A DNA stretch of 63,920 nt, the filler included, from Blastocystis sp. subtype 4 (Eukaryota), in the NCBI RefSeq assembly GCF_000743755.1. It is 3 parts of 3 records of this genome, joined end to end, with 100 filler letters (N's around TTAATTAATTAA, not from the genome) between each part and the next. Parts side by side here need not be neighbours in the genome. Positions count along the whole stretch, not along the records: positions 24,196 to 48,241 come from NW_014569381.1; 2 more parts are not named here. One strand, written 5' to 3'. Made by a program: the position numbers and the translations under genes. Each line of letters begins with the position of its first letter. Position 1 is the stretch's first letter. Below, piece by piece: positions 24,338-40,718 of the stretch. The notes beneath the pieces were generated by a model. It searched no databases, had not been told where the DNA came from, and saw only the letters and a program-made list of their open reading frames with translations.

Positions 24338-27300
24338 ATGGAACGTAGTGTAGATACCAAGTCTGCTGAATTGCTTTCGAATGCAGATGATGTACCTAAG
24401 TATTCTGTCGACAAGTATCGTCAATGGATTCATGACCAGTATTTGAATGCTGAGGATGCAAATATGAATCGAGTCACGGATTCTGTGTTCCGAGTACTTT
24501 TGATGTTTTATGGAGGAAGATCTGTTTCTGACAAGGAAAAGTTCTTGGTTCTCACTGATTGTACCCTCAATTATATCTCGATGATTCCAGACAAGTTGGT
24601 TCTCTTGTCTACGTTGTTTGATGAGCTGATAAATACTCAATTAACGGATTCGTTGATTGATCCTTTGATTCAAGTTAGGTTGCTGGCTATCGTTGAATTG
24701 TAGACGTTGCGTCATTTTTTGCTACTTCAGATAGATACTACCAATTCCTTTCTTCAAATACAAGTGAATTTGTGTGTTAATCGCATTCAGCAATCATCTA
24801 AGGTACCTGAGGTCCTTTTTTCAATTCGATTTTTAACAGTTGTTTTCGAAGTCAATCCCAACAGTGTATCTATTCAAACTATTCAATGTTTTCCAGGATT
24901 ACTCTTTCCTCGGCTCATGAATGCCTCCAATCAAATGCAGTCCGCTATTTTTCTTATGGTCAAAACTGTCCTTCTCTCGCAACAATCACTCGGCCGGTCG
25001 TTCCTCTTTTCTGTCTTCTATACTCGTTGCAGGGAGTTGTTTCGTCCGCATATGGATTCTCTCAGTGTTCCTTCTCTTGACGCAATTATTCAACAGAATC
25101 TTGAAGTCAATAGATCCCATTGTACACTTTCAGGTCCTGAAGAATCCCTTGCTGTCATTCGGGGGTACTTAAATGTGATTGTAGTTGGATGTGAATGTTG
25201 TCCCGAAGAGATGAAACCTCATGCTAGTGAATGCTGGAATCGGATGCTTCGATGTGCCCACTTCCACCATATCGACATTCTCCGATCATTCCTTCATGCA
25301 GTGAGGGCCATTGTATCTCTTGGTACCATCTCGACTACTATCATCCAACAACAAATGTTCTGTTATTCCTTGATTGTCATAGATAGATTACCACTAATCC
25401 TCTCCTTCTTGAACCCTGTTTATACTCGGCCTTATGCTATTGTTACGTACAGCTGCCTTGTCTATCATCAGCCCGATTGTCTCTCTGACTATGATCGTGT
25501 TGTTTCTGTCATTTGTGATTTCCTTTCACCAACAAAGTAATGATCCATGGATGGAATGACACAAAGAAGGGATATTTTTGGAGTATTTGGATTAGTTGCG
25601 ATTTCAGATCTCCTTTCAGTTACTCCCAAAATGTCTTCATTGTTACAAGATGAATTGTCCACAGTCCTTGTGTGATGAGTGTCCTCAGATTTAGATTCTT
25701 CAACTCCCTCTGAGTGTGGTTCTTATTCAAACACTCTTACTAGGCTTAATTAATGAGCCTTCATCTCGTAGCTTAGTAGAGGGTTTGATTCATGTGCTTA
25801 TTCGAGGATGTGAAGATCCTTGTGTGGAGTAAGATTCATTTTTTAAACTGAAGTGTAGAGAGGATCACCTGTTAGTCCTTTGGTCTCTCTTAACCCTCCC
25901 ATTATACTGCGTTCAAGAGAATTCGTCTGTGAAAACGATTTTGTTTCAACTCTGTTTGAATTCTTCACCTTCCATTCAACAAATGATTCTGCTGATATTC
26001 CTTAAAGTCATTTCATTCAATTCTCATCATCCTTCTAGTATTTTGCCTCTTCTTCTGATCTCTTTGAACAAGTCTGTTGGCTTACTACAAGGATTCTTGA
26101 TGATACAACATTGATTGCAGCTTCTTTAGTCTTGCGAGAGTGGATGCTCACTCATTCTCTTCAAGTGGCCTCATTGGATCCTTCAATCTGGATGGCTTTC
26201 TCACTCTTTCTTCTCAATAGTTCTCCTTCGGTTCTTCTGACTCTCATTCCAGCCCTTCCTTCTCTTCTACCTCTCTCTTCCTCTCCTCTTCATCAAATAA
26301 TTCTTACTATCCTTGAACGTACTGTTTCGTCTCTCTCTCTGACTCTCTCTCCTCATACCCGCTCTCAGCTTCTCCTAATCATCTCCTCTCTCTTTCACCA
26401 TCTCCCTTCTCTTCTTCATTCTCAGGCCCTCTCTGTATGGAGTTTCCTTTCACATCACTCAGTTCATCAGACTCGAGTTCTTACTCTCATCAATCTTCAT
26501 GCACTCACACAAGTTCATGCTGCTCTTCCTGAGGAAGAAGAGTGTTGGTGTGATGAGACTCTTCTTCAATTAGTATCCACTCTGTTGGAAGAAGCAATCA
26601 ATGACAAACAAGTGGCTACTTTTGGAAAAGATAAAGTGACGGAAATCCTCATTCTTTTGAATTTTGTGGAATCTGTTATTCCAGATCTTCAGTTATCCGA
26701 AGCTGGGAGTCGAATCGTTCCATCAATCATTCATTCTCTTCTTCTTGTCATATCTCTTCTTCCATCACCTTCTTCTCCTCCTGTTCAGCCTCCTCCCACT
26801 CCATTACACGAGTTGTTAGTTGAGGCTCAACACACTGCTCTTATGAACTCTCCTGTGATTACTCCTTTCACTTCTCTCCTTCTCTCATACTCCAATACAC
26901 TCATACACTCTCATGTTCTTCTGAATTCTGAAATTCGTTTTGATCCTCTCTCTCTTCCTTCCTTTGTCTTTACTTCAGTCTATTCTCCATCTCTCTCTCT
27001 TCTCGAGTCTTCTGATCTATACTCCCCTGGTTCGTTTGTCACACCAACCATGGAACTCATTTCTCAACTTCTTTCTCTTCTTTCCCTTCCTCATTCTCTC
27101 TCTTTTCCATCTGAGTACTAATTAACTCCTTCCTCTTCACTAGACAATCCATCATTCTATCTCCTAATCATCCAAATAACCGTTACATTCAGTATCTCGC
27201 TATCATTACCAGACTCAAACATAAGACTCTATCCAAGGAGACAATCCTTTGTGACGTATATGAAGTACCATAATTCCTTCTGTTTTATCTAGTCCATTAT

Positions 27301-30300
27301 CCGTCAATGTCTCCCTTCATTGCAATCCTCTTCTATTACTACAAATCAGCAGATTCTTCAAGTGATTCAGGATATTGTGTCGATACTCCCTCCTTCTATT
27401 TCCCATACCAATCTCCTTATTGAAGTCATAACAACTCTCTGCAGTCATATTCGTAAACATGAATTCCACGTAAATTTGTTTCTACGATCTCTTTTCTTTC
27501 TCAAATCTCTCTGTGAAAGCCACCCATCTTGTATTACCAAGACTATGAAGATTCTCTTCTCTTCAATCATTATCTACTGGAAAACGTCTCTAAATCCAAT
27601 CCTTGAGTTCGTACGAGAATGCCAGAATTTCTCGGATTTTTCGACACATCATGGGATCATCCTTCATCAGTTGTTCTTCATCTTGTATGATGATATCTTC
27701 AGTGATCTTGATGAAGCCATGATTGTCATACTTTCTCACACTATTCATTTCTAGGTTTTGCTCCATCTTCATCAAACTGTCAATTCTCTTCAATTCTATC
27801 TTCATCTCCTTCTTCCTGCTCTTCGATTCTTTATTATTGCTAATAATACCAATATTCCCGCGGTTCTATTGAGTGTCAATCTGCTTAAGGAGATTGCTGT
27901 GAAATTGGATATTCTGGAGTATATGAGTGAAATGACGGATTTGATGTATGCCTGTGTGACAGAGATTGATCATTGTCTTCTCCCAGATATGTTGGATGTT
28001 CTTTGTATTCTTGCTGTGAAAGTTAATAATCACGAAATACAAGGATCTCGGAATGTGGAAATCCAAATTTCAAATCGTTGTCTTCAATCTCTGATAACTG
28101 AAAATTCTCCCTCCAATCAGTTTGTCGTAGTAACAAATCCGTTAGGTTCAAAGAAGACGACCAATGATCTCGTTCCTGTATCTCTTTTTAAGTCCATTTT
28201 GTTAACAGAAACTGATTCGTATTCTCCTCTTCTTCTCTTTGCATCTCGTGTTTTGAACGATTTTGTTACTTTGGCTCTCAATGAGAATCTTATACATCCT
28301 ACGCTTCTCACTGTACGAACAGTGGTATAATCATTTCATCGACTTACTGTCTAGTTAGCTGAATGTGATGCTCACATTTCGTTGCGATATGTGAATCATC
28401 TCACTCAAATTCTTGATGTATTCCGATCGTTAACTAGTGTGAGAGATGTAAGTATGATTGGAGCTGCCTTCTCTTCCTGCCAATCAAAACGAGAGGATCC
28501 ATTGCCTTCGATTCAAGCTGTATTTGAGTGTGTGAATGAGATGCCGATTGTTTCTCCTCCTTCTCCTACTCAGTGTGTTCAAGGGATTGAGCTGCTTCTC
28601 TCTGGTGATTCCTTATCACTCTCTCAGGTACGATTCGAGAGATTCGAATTCTCTGTAGGAAGGATGGGAAGCCAAGTTCTTGCAGATTCAGACACTGGTT
28701 GTATCAAATGTCTGCTTCTCTATCTTCCCTCAACTGTCAACCCTCACCAGTTACCTTCCTTCTCTAATCGATTCTCTCTTCCTTCCTTCCTTCTTCTATC
28801 TCTGGGAATCTCTCTCTCCGATAGAGGTTCATTCGCTCACAAACGCATTCACTCGACTGATCACTCATTCCAATCTCCCTCTCTCTCTCTATCTGATCCC
28901 AGTGGCTATCCAAGCTTCGGTCCTTGAATGGACAGCAAATCCTCTTGAGATTTCATTTCCGTTCTCTTTTTCGCCTCTCATTCATGCTTGTGCATACTTC
29001 CACTTCAATGAATCTGGAGTTCGGTTCTTCGAGTTCATGATCAATCATGGTCACACAATAGATCAGTCCATCATTCCTGAGGTAATGGCGATGTATTCAC
29101 GTCTCAATATCATGCCTCGCTCGTTGTCACTTCTTCATCTACTGGAGACGCCTCTTTCTTCTCCTTCAATCTTCTCCTTCTCTCCTGCAACAGCTGAAAA
29201 GGAGGCTCAGGAAGTAATGATGAAGTGTGTCGAAGTTATGGGAGACTGGCAGTATGCAAAGAGAGTTTTCAAGACTCGACTTGAGACTGGCGACACTCAG
29301 GCGAAATCACGTTTGCTTCGAGCTTGCTTCAATCTAGATGACAATGCAGAAATCTTGAGGATTTGTGACAATGAAACGGATCCTTCAATTACTCAGTTTC
29401 GTGTTGCTGTGATGTTGAATCGATTTCAGTTTGACGAGGTACTGAAGGCCACTCGTGCTATGAACTATCAATTTCCCGTGGAAACTGATACCACTAGTTC
29501 AACTCTTCGATTGCGTTTCTTTCTTACTATTAGTTCAGTGATTACTCAACTTCATGATCATCAACCGAAATTAGCACAACTTACCACTGAACATGCAATC
29601 CATACATTCTCACACACGTATATGTTATCGTTACGTCGTGCTGATGTCGATACACGTTCTTCACAGCCTTATCTGGCACTTCTGTCTCTTCTCAAACAGA
29701 CACTCACTCATTCACTTTCTATCAAACAACTCATTGGCATTGTCAAAGTGTTGGCGAAGGAACATTCCAATTCCGTTCAGACTTGGTTCGATATTTTGGT
29801 ATTCCAGAAATCGTTGGCATTTTGTATCCATGATCCAATCCAACGGTCGGTGGAGTTGCCTCACTGTTCATTCCACGTTCAGCACATGCCCAAAGAGACT
29901 CTCAATGAACGGAGTAATCAATTCCGCGGTTATTTCAACTTACTGAAGCAACAAGGGAATGACCATGCTCTCATTCGTGTTGGATACGCCTGGAGTAAGT
30001 TATTACTGATGGAGGGAAACGAGAATGAGAGTGTGAGTGTCCTGAAGGAAGTGGAATCCCTTTGTCAGAGAATGGATGATGAATACTGCTTGGAGATTCA
30101 ACAGAAGTGTGAGAAACGTTTGATAGAACTCACTGCTTCGCCTCCAAGTGGTCATTCTCTCTCTGTTCATGGAATCTGGTGTGAGGTTTTATTGCGAGAT
30201 TGGACAAATGACCTATCAGAAGAGAGATGTGAGGCTATTCTGAGTCAGTTGATTGAAGCCCTTCGTGGTGTGAGTGAGATCTCTTCAACCACTCACTACT

Positions 30301-31689
30301 ATGTTGTATACGTTCTGTTTGAACTTTTAACTCGATATTCACCATCACTCGATACACAATTCTCAATTCCAGCCATTATTCCTCTCTTTCCTCTTCTCAT
30401 TCATGCTTTACCTTCACTTCAGTCATCTTCCATCACATCTCTCCTCGCTCTCATTCCATCCAACAAGGAACTGGCAGCGAAGTTTATGGTGACACTCTTG
30501 GCTCGACAGGAGGTATTGGATCCTGCATTGGTAGCTGCTCTTCAGCGCCAGACTCCCAACCTGGTGATAGAAGCTGAGACAATGAGTCGCGAATTCCGGG
30601 CAATTGCTGATTCCAAGTTTGTGAGAGTTATCTCATTGTTGGATGGTGTGAATCCTGATCAGTGGACTGATCAGAATCGAGAAGATTTTGAACTAGTGCT
30701 TCAAGGTCCAAACACAAGTCCTTTGGATGAAGAGTTGACACGAGAAGTGTCTCTGCATCTGCCACAGAATTGGAAAATTTCAGAGGTATATTTGTCAATG
30801 CAGAATTATGGATAGATTCAGTTGATAGTTGAAAGGATTCAACAGCATACTGGTTCATTGCTAGTGAATTATTCTCCTTCGTTGACTCGACTTCAACATA
30901 ACGGATTGTTTCTTGGTCAAGTAGGTTGATATATCGTATTCCTAAAATAGACTCAAATTGTGTCATTCGATCCGAAAGTGAAACTCACATCTAAAAACGA
31001 GATTCTTCTTACAGTTCATTCACCTACAGCTTCATCTTGCTATCGGATTTATCATTCTCCCGATTCAGATTTTTTGATTCCTCTCTGTGGAATAGATACA
31101 TACGTCGCCCTCCTTCTTCAGCATCCTCATATGATCACTTCTGCTGTGGCATTCTCTCCAACATATTGCTTATTGCTTACACTGCCAGATGCTATCAATA
31201 TGAGACACATGTATGATCAATGTATCCAAGAAATAAAGGCCATTCCTGGAATTCCAGAAAATGTTGATATTTCTAGTATGTATGTTGCGTCATGTCTTAT
31301 GAATAGAATGGGTTTGGAGATATTACTTAAGACAGAACAGTGATACAAATGTGGATTGGTTTGAAAACAGTACAGCGTTGTGCAAATCTGTTGGTGAGGT
31401 GTCTGTGATGTTGAGAATGAGTGGGGCACAATTTGATATGAATCATTGTCTGCTATTGAAAACAAGTCGAATTGTGATTGACAACTATGTGAAATGTTTG
31501 AGAAAGAATGATGAAGAGAAGATGAGAAGTATCTGTTTTGGTGACCAAGCAATGATTGAAGACGCGAAAGAACGAATGAATGAAGTTCTTCGTAAGAAAC
31601 AAACAGAATTATTCCGATGTATCCGATGTGAGTTCTATGGTGAATCAGATTGGATTCAACGATTTGAGAGTAATGTAACATTCGTTTAG
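24338..31689 (+). CDS. Highly divergent TOR-like PIKK (HEAT, FAT, FRB-like, kinase-like) lacking catalytic motifs and FATC
   Basis: Colinear TOR-like blocks: SLFLPSFFYLWESLS (TOR DLFNAAFVSCWSEL), CVEVMGDWQYA (WYEKLHEWEDA), LVIEAETMSREFRAIA (LVQQAMMVSEELIRVA), LQGPNT (ERGPQT), IVSFDPKVKLTSK, DWFENSTALCKSVGEVSV (WFDRRTNYTRSLAVMSM). TOR sequences are recalled. Confidence 0.7.
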
Positions 31690-31702
31690 TGACATCATTG
31701 TT

Positions 31703-31715
31703 AACAAACACAATA
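31703..31715 (-). terminator. Poly(A) site with downstream TGTTTGTT element (stop-creating)
   Basis: AAC TTT T|ATTG TGTTTGTT; the T is codon position 1. Confidence 0.8.
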
Positions 31716-32871
31716 AAAGTTTTGATACTGTTTAGAATCCAATACTTGAAGCAATGAACAACACTGACACACTCTCTGACTACATGGAGAACCACATTTC
31801 TCACACAATGTGACTGTCGGTTGTTTCCGTACTGTGCTCTCTGTTGGTTTCAACCACTCTATTTTTCATTCTGTCCACTTTCTCAAACGATTCGTCTCAA
31901 TGACGTTCGAAACAATCTCTGGTCGAATCAGTTGTGCTTTTGCCAAAAACTGTCTCACTACATCAGATCATCTTCATTCACTTACTATTCCCGCGATAAC
32001 CATATTTAGCATATGTACACTCAATGGAGAAATAGAGAAGTTTCTTGAAATGAGCGTACAGAACGATCTCCTTCTGATAACACATTCTGCCAGTAACAGA
32101 CTATTTTATTCCTACTTCAGTGGCTTACATCGAGGTACGATTGAAGCGTCTTCTGTAACATTAGTACGAGTTAAGCGATTGATGTCTCCTCGAAACAAAT
32201 TCATAATCACTAATATCGTTATCTGTTCAATAAATCTTACCTGTTTCTGCATTATCATCAGCGTTGTGACCTGTGGCGATGAGATCTGCTTTGCTTCGTT
32301 TAGCACCAATATTCAAGGCTTGACGACGAAACACGCCACAGTAACTACACGCCTTGGTGAAACCAGTACTATCACATGTTTGCTGAACGATCTCATCCAT
32401 GGTATATCCAAACAATTCCTATTCTGAGGATACGAGCCGAACTCCAACTTTATAGCTGTATATTTGTAGAGGTAGTTGATAATCGATGGCATTTTGCTTT
32501 ACTGTTTCTAGTGAACCGTCTCGATATCCAACGATTCCTTCATCGATTGAAAGTAAAAACAAGTCCAATCCGTAGTCATACCGCTTGTTCAAAGATGCGA
32601 GGACATATGCGAGAGTTGTACTATCTAGAGTTAAATAAAAAGAACTGACCCACCTTTCCCCCCCGAAGCTCCAATTGCGATTCGCTGTCCTCGTTTGAAC
32701 ATTTCTTCTTTTATAATCGTTTCATGAACTTCTGTTTCAAACATTTCAAAGAAGCATTCCTTGCAAACACGTTGACCTGTTTTAGGACGTCGTATTGTCG
32801 CCTACACTTGATTACAATAATAGCACTCCAACATTATTAACGCCACAGTGTTCACATAGAATCCTTTTCAT
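31715..32871 (-). CDS. CTU1: Cytoplasmic tRNA 2-thiolation protein 1; stop predicted to be completed by poly(A)
   Basis: CEHC...[54 protein letters not shown]...[19 protein letters not shown]...CQCC. Confidence 0.93.
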
Positions 32872-32899
32872 GATTGTGACTCATAACAAACAAGCGCCT

Positions 32900-34154
32900 T
32901 TACTGTTCAGATGGGTTCACTCGCCTTGGTCTTTTTGGTTTCGCTGCAACTACGATTCTTGTGGGTGCAGAAGTCGATTTCGATTTGGGAGCAGGACTCG
33001 ATTTGTTACCAGGTTTAACAACTCGTATAGGATTGGGCTTGGCTCCAGGTTTATGAATTGGAGCAGGTTGTGTAGGTGATCCGACTGTTGGTTTTACAGG
33101 GGTTGGAGCTGGGCTAGGTTTAGCAGATGGTTGGGGAGAAGGAGTTGCTTTAGCAGGCATCTGAACAATAGGAGTAGCCTTCTCAGATGGTTGAGAAGGA
33201 GTGGGTTTAGCAGGAATCTGCTTATGAATCCGAACCGTTGGATTCCCTTTGGGTATCGTTGTAGAATTCTGACTATCTTCATTACTCGCAGATGGAGAAT
33301 CATTTGTGGTCTCCGACTGGGATCTTTTTTCCATTTCACGATCTGCATATTCAGCTGCTCGTTTATTTACATCTCGTCTCCATGCAGCCCTCTTTCCTTT
33401 CTTAGGTTTACTCTCTTTGGCCAATATTTCTCTTCTCTTCTTTTGGTAAAAATCTTCCCATCTAGAAGAACGGGCTTTTGGAGATTTTATTGTTGCATTC
33501 ACTTGTTCTAAGAATTTGGTTAATACAGGATCTTCATCATTTGCTTGGTCCGATAAGATTGGTGTCTCTTCTATATCTTCAGGATTTGATAGCGATTTCT
33601 ATCAATTCAACTCTTCATTCATTGGATACGGTTTCATTTTCTAAGAACAATTGATAATCAGGATCTTCTTCAATAGGAGACGATCGGTTTGGAAGACTGC
33701 TCGATATCATCTGGTATGGCGATAGAATTACAGATATCTTTTCTATTCATCAAATACAGATACAAGAGTAACGAGGAGAATTCTGAAGTGATTTTCGATC
33801 AAATACTTTGACTAATCGTTTCACTGTATCTTCTTCTTTCACTGAAAGGTAACAACGAGAGTGAGAGAGAGAGCTAGACATCAGAGTAGCATATCATCTT
33901 AACAGCTGACTCCCCTGGACATAATAGAGAAGTTCATATTGTTGGTGACATTCAAACCCTTCTTTGGCTAGTAATTCTTGGAGTGCACCAACTTTCATCG
34001 TCGAAGGTAGCAATCGAATGCATATCTTCCTGGACGTAGAGACGCCTTGTTGAGCTTGCATTAGAATTGTATTAGCGAACAAGTTGGTTATGGAATTCCA
34101 TATAGGAGCTCGTTTATTGCCACTCCTTTGGGGCTCTTTTGAGGCATGGGGCAT
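32900..34154 (-). CDS. UPF3: UPF3/Smg-4-like nonsense-mediated decay factor
   Basis: Spliced RRM: RKICIRLLPSTM...YYVQG...HSRCYLSVK...VILSPYQ...IEEDPDYQLFLE (UPF3 KVVIRRLPP, SRAY, EFAPFQ, IxxDPxYxxFLE), then a K/R/P-rich tail. The 5' end is uncertain. Confidence 0.78.
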
Positions 34155-34449
34155 GGCGTCATTTGTTCACTTTTATCTTCATTTCTATATTTTGGAGGTA
34201 GGTTGGCATTCTGAGGTTCCTATACGCACTTTAATATCAGCCATTGGTTTATTTTTTCCACCAGTGTCTTTCATGCAAGTGCAAGAGTGGTGTTTGTGTA
34301 ATTAGCGTGATGTTAATTTCCATTTGAATATCAGTTCTTGGTGTTCTTTTTGGATTCCATTTATGTCATGTCAGTCCACTTACGTAGATGTAGAAGAGGT
34401 TAAGTGTTTGTTTGAAATTCCACTCAATCTTATTTGAAACCATTACGTG

Positions 34450-34461
34450 AACAAACAACCC

Positions 34462-34462
<1 letters not shown>
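34450..34462 (-). terminator. Poly(A) site with downstream TGTTTGTT element (stop-creating)
   Basis: AGG AAA T|GGGT TGTTTGTT; the T is codon position 1. Confidence 0.82.
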
Positions 34463-37047
<2,585 letters not shown>

Positions 37048-37095
37048 ACTGAGAATGTGAAGATAAGAATGACTCACACAATTCTTTTTCAGAAG

Positions 37096-40000
37096 ATGAG
37101 TAAGTATTATCGAAATGCTTATCGTCTTCTGCAAGATGATTTGAACGGTGCGAATGGACCGTTAACAAATAAATCGGCGACTTGCTTGAGAATGTGTCCG
37201 ATTGAAGAATGCACAAAGCGAATCGAGAAGACAAAAGGTTTAGAGTATAGGGAGCGATTATTCGTGATTATTGTTGTAGTTATGCGGAATCGGAGCAACG
37301 CGATATGATCCACTTTTTGGAAGGTGTTTCTCCGCATGTGATTGATGAAAGTACCGGAATTCCATTGAAACAAGAGGACATGTTGGTTAAGTTGTATGCT
37401 CGTGCCAATTCCGATGAGGTCAAGAATCCTCAAATCCTTCGGTAACCTAATTTCGATCTGTTTTCATATAGTCCTCCTGTGATTCTTGAGAAAACGGTCC
37501 TCTATCTCATTCACAACTGTCTAAAGTTTGCTAACTGTCAGGATGATCGTCTTAAGTATCCAAATCGATTTTGGTTTCATTTCCAGAAAGCGTGTGGTTA
37601 CTTTCTCAGCAGTCTTTGCTTTCGTTCATGATCGTTTCAAAATGGTCTATCGAGATTTGCGTTATCAAGGTGATGATTGTCTAAGTACAAGTTTTGTATC
37701 CTTGCCATTTAGATCAACTTCCCGTGGTGATTCGCCTTCTCGAGTATATGATTCGGTTCCTTATTCTTTTCACACACTACTGCTATGGTGAAACAGACTT
37801 CATTTCTTCGCGGGATACTTCCTTTGAGAAATGGTTTGCAGAATTAGTGGACTATTATAAGAAGGCGATTGAGAGCGGTTTTTCATGTTTTCTGGCGGAC
37901 TCATAAATAGGTCAGTATTCTTGTTTAGAGAACTGTGGGGAAGTTCTTAGCTATTATATCATTCACAAAAATAACCAACGGGCTATTCGTGAAAAGAAGG
38001 TTCGATTTTTGTCATTCCATGAATTGTTCAGATTGAATTTACAGATGCTGTGATGAAAGTGCAGATGATTCTAGAAGCTGTGAATAAGCTGGTTTCTCCA
38101 GAACAGCAATATCGAAACAATCTCTTCTTTCAAGGAGCACTTCGTTTGGTTGATATATTGGAGGTAAGCTTTCTATTTTCGTGTGATTTTAGACAAATCA
38201 ACTATTAGCCTTGAATTCTGCATTTGCTAAATTACCTCCTCTTTTGGTCATTTTATTCTTTTATGGTCAAATTCGTCAAAGTATGAATTACTAGCCCAGT
38301 TTCACTATAGTTCGTACAATTGGAGCGTGGTTTATCCAACAAACAGAACGACATCAGCCATTAACCTACCCAGCTATTTGTGATCTGTTATTCTGTAATC
38401 CGAATGAGGTCGAGTTAGTGCTCTCACCGTATCATTTGATCTATAATCCAACCACTCATGTGATTGCCGATGCTGACTCTCTTTCTACAGAACCTGTGAA
38501 ATTGGCTAAACACTTCATCAAAGCAAAATTACCATTCCGAGAACCATATTATCGTATTCAGGAAAAAATCGGGTAGATTTTAGTCATTCCAATAATCGTC
38601 AGGATTTATTCTCTTGAAGATATTGTCTTGGGAGCCAGTGTGGAGGCACCACCTTCTTTACTGGATCTCCCTGAGGGATCTGTATCCCTCCGCTATGCTG
38701 TGCCTCAGCCACTAGCTCCTGCAGAAGTACTTCCAGGTGAGGAAGAGAAGGAGGGGTTGGAGAGTTTCTTCCGAGGATCTGGCCCTGAACGCTTTAGAGA
38801 GGGATCCACTACTGTTGGTGTTCCATCTCCTGCTGTTCCTACCATCACTTTCACTCCACCGCCTGATACTCTCACTCCGTCCACTCCTTCTCCCTGGGTC
38901 TCACTTCCCCAAGAAACAGAATCTTCTCAGGCTCCTTCTCCTTCCATTCCATTTATCATTCCTGCAGGATTCCAGGCATTTCAGGATCAACCTGTTCAGG
39001 GCTTATTTCCAGAGTCCACCTTCTGTTTCTCTCTTGCTGATGATATGACCCTCTCTAGAACATCACCCTCACATGAGGATGAAACTCCCTTAGAGATGGG
39101 AGATATCGAATCTGATGTGTATTCATTCTCTCTGGTGTTGGATGAGAACGAACAGAAAGAGATAGTTAATGAGATGAAGGAGAAGAAGGAGAGAGAGGAA
39201 AAGAGATTGAAGCAGGAAGCAGAGAAGAGAGAGAGAGCCAAGGCAGAGAGAGAGAGGAAAGAGAAAGAGGAGAAAGAGAAGGAAGAACAGAAACGATTAG
39301 AGAGGTTGGCACAGCAAGAAGCTAAATTGGAAGCTGAACATGTGCGTAAAGTGGTTCATATCTATCAAGACTATCAACATGCATTAGAGTCTCTGGATTC
39401 GGAATTGACCCAATTCTGTACGAAAATTGACAATTCCATGAATACCCTCAAAAACCGTCATCAGTCTGTTCATGACCGTATTGAAGAAACATTAGCAAAA
39501 CTATCATCTCGAGTAGGTGAGTATGGGGTTAGTGATTGTCAGATGGAGGAGGTGAAGCGAGCAATGGAAGTGGAGAGACAGCGTATTCGAGAAGAAGCGA
39601 AACAGCGTCGAATTCGAGAGAGTTATCGTTACTGTGCCGTGAGTGGGAGTATTCGTCCTCATTCAGACAGTGTGTGTCGGTTCCTGCAAGTGAATCTGGA
39701 TCTGAAGCCATCAAGTCGTTGGACTGAGCAATCAGTAATGGAAGCGATTGGGAGAATGCTAGTGAGATGGGGCGTACAAGGAGATACAGACACTTCTTCA
39801 TCTTGCCTGAATATTTTGGTCAATACTTCTCCTATTCGATCAGTACACATCCAGTCATATCAGATACCATTCTCACCTAAAGCTGGATGGTGGAATGAAG
39901 AAGATTGGAATGAATGGTGTGAAGCAAAGATGACTGAAGTGATCAAAGAGTGTATATGTGATTTGAATTTACTGATTCTAATTGTTTGGGGATGTATGGA

Positions 40001-40683
40001 AGAGAGAATCAAACAAATCATTAGTCATAAAAATCCTTCCATTGATCTAATTTTCATTCGAAATGATACTTCTCTTGGAGAGATCACTGAATGTGTAGAG
40101 AAAGTGATGATGAAGGGATTACATGCTGGAGCGGGAGAAATGTACTCTCCTGTTCTTGTAGGAGAAGTTGTATGGCAATCTTCATTGGTTCTTTCAGGAG
40201 GGAGTTACATTTCGAAAGAGATTGCTTGTGAATCGGTGAAGATTCTATCCAATCATTTCCAAATGATAGCATCAAAGGAGAAAGAAGTGTTGAATATGAT
40301 TGAATCTTTATCAGAATCGTCCTTTATGGAATCTTTTCATTCCTTTTGTATGTCCGATGCTTCACTCAAAATGTTTGCTTGAATTGTATTTGATCATATA
40401 TAGATCTGTTTCTATTTCCAATGCCATTCTCCAATCATTGTATTCTGATCTGATCCCAAAGCGAAGGAAGCAACAGTTCCACCTCCGTTCTACAGATCCT
40501 ATTGACGTTCCACAGCTGAATTCCTCGGGTTACTTGACACGAGTTGATTCACTATATAAACGGGCTCGAACTGAGTTGTCCGATGCTCAGAACTATGGTG
40601 AGTTCCTAACGAAGGCATGTCGACAAGGGGATATTCGTAACCTTCTCGAGTGTCCAGGTAATGATATTCTATCATTCACTTAA
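37096..40683 (+). CDS. SAC3/GANP-family protein
   Basis: ATCLRMCPIEE, LVKLYARAN...ILRPPVILEKTVLYL, FVHDRFKMVYRDLRYQ, IRLLEYMIRF, followed by a long coiled-coil C-terminal region. TGTTTGTT at 40698-40705. Confidence 0.8.
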
Positions 40684-40718
40684 TTGTGCCTTTTCTTTGT
40701 TTGTTGATAAGAGTAAGA

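Noticed and set aside
26111..27140. Strong CT-rich strand skew suggesting a microsatellite or non-coding tract
   Set aside because: It is an open L/S/P-rich exon within the TOR-like gene, with no discrete repeat unit.
31810..32427. 205-aa plus-strand ORF and many other short ORF-track entries
   Set aside because: These are antisense or off-frame shadows of spliced genes (here CTU1) with no motifs of their own.
37696..37703. GTATCCTT in SAC3
   Set aside because: It falls inside an ordinary 28-nt GT-AG intron that already restores the frame (NQLPVVIRLLE).
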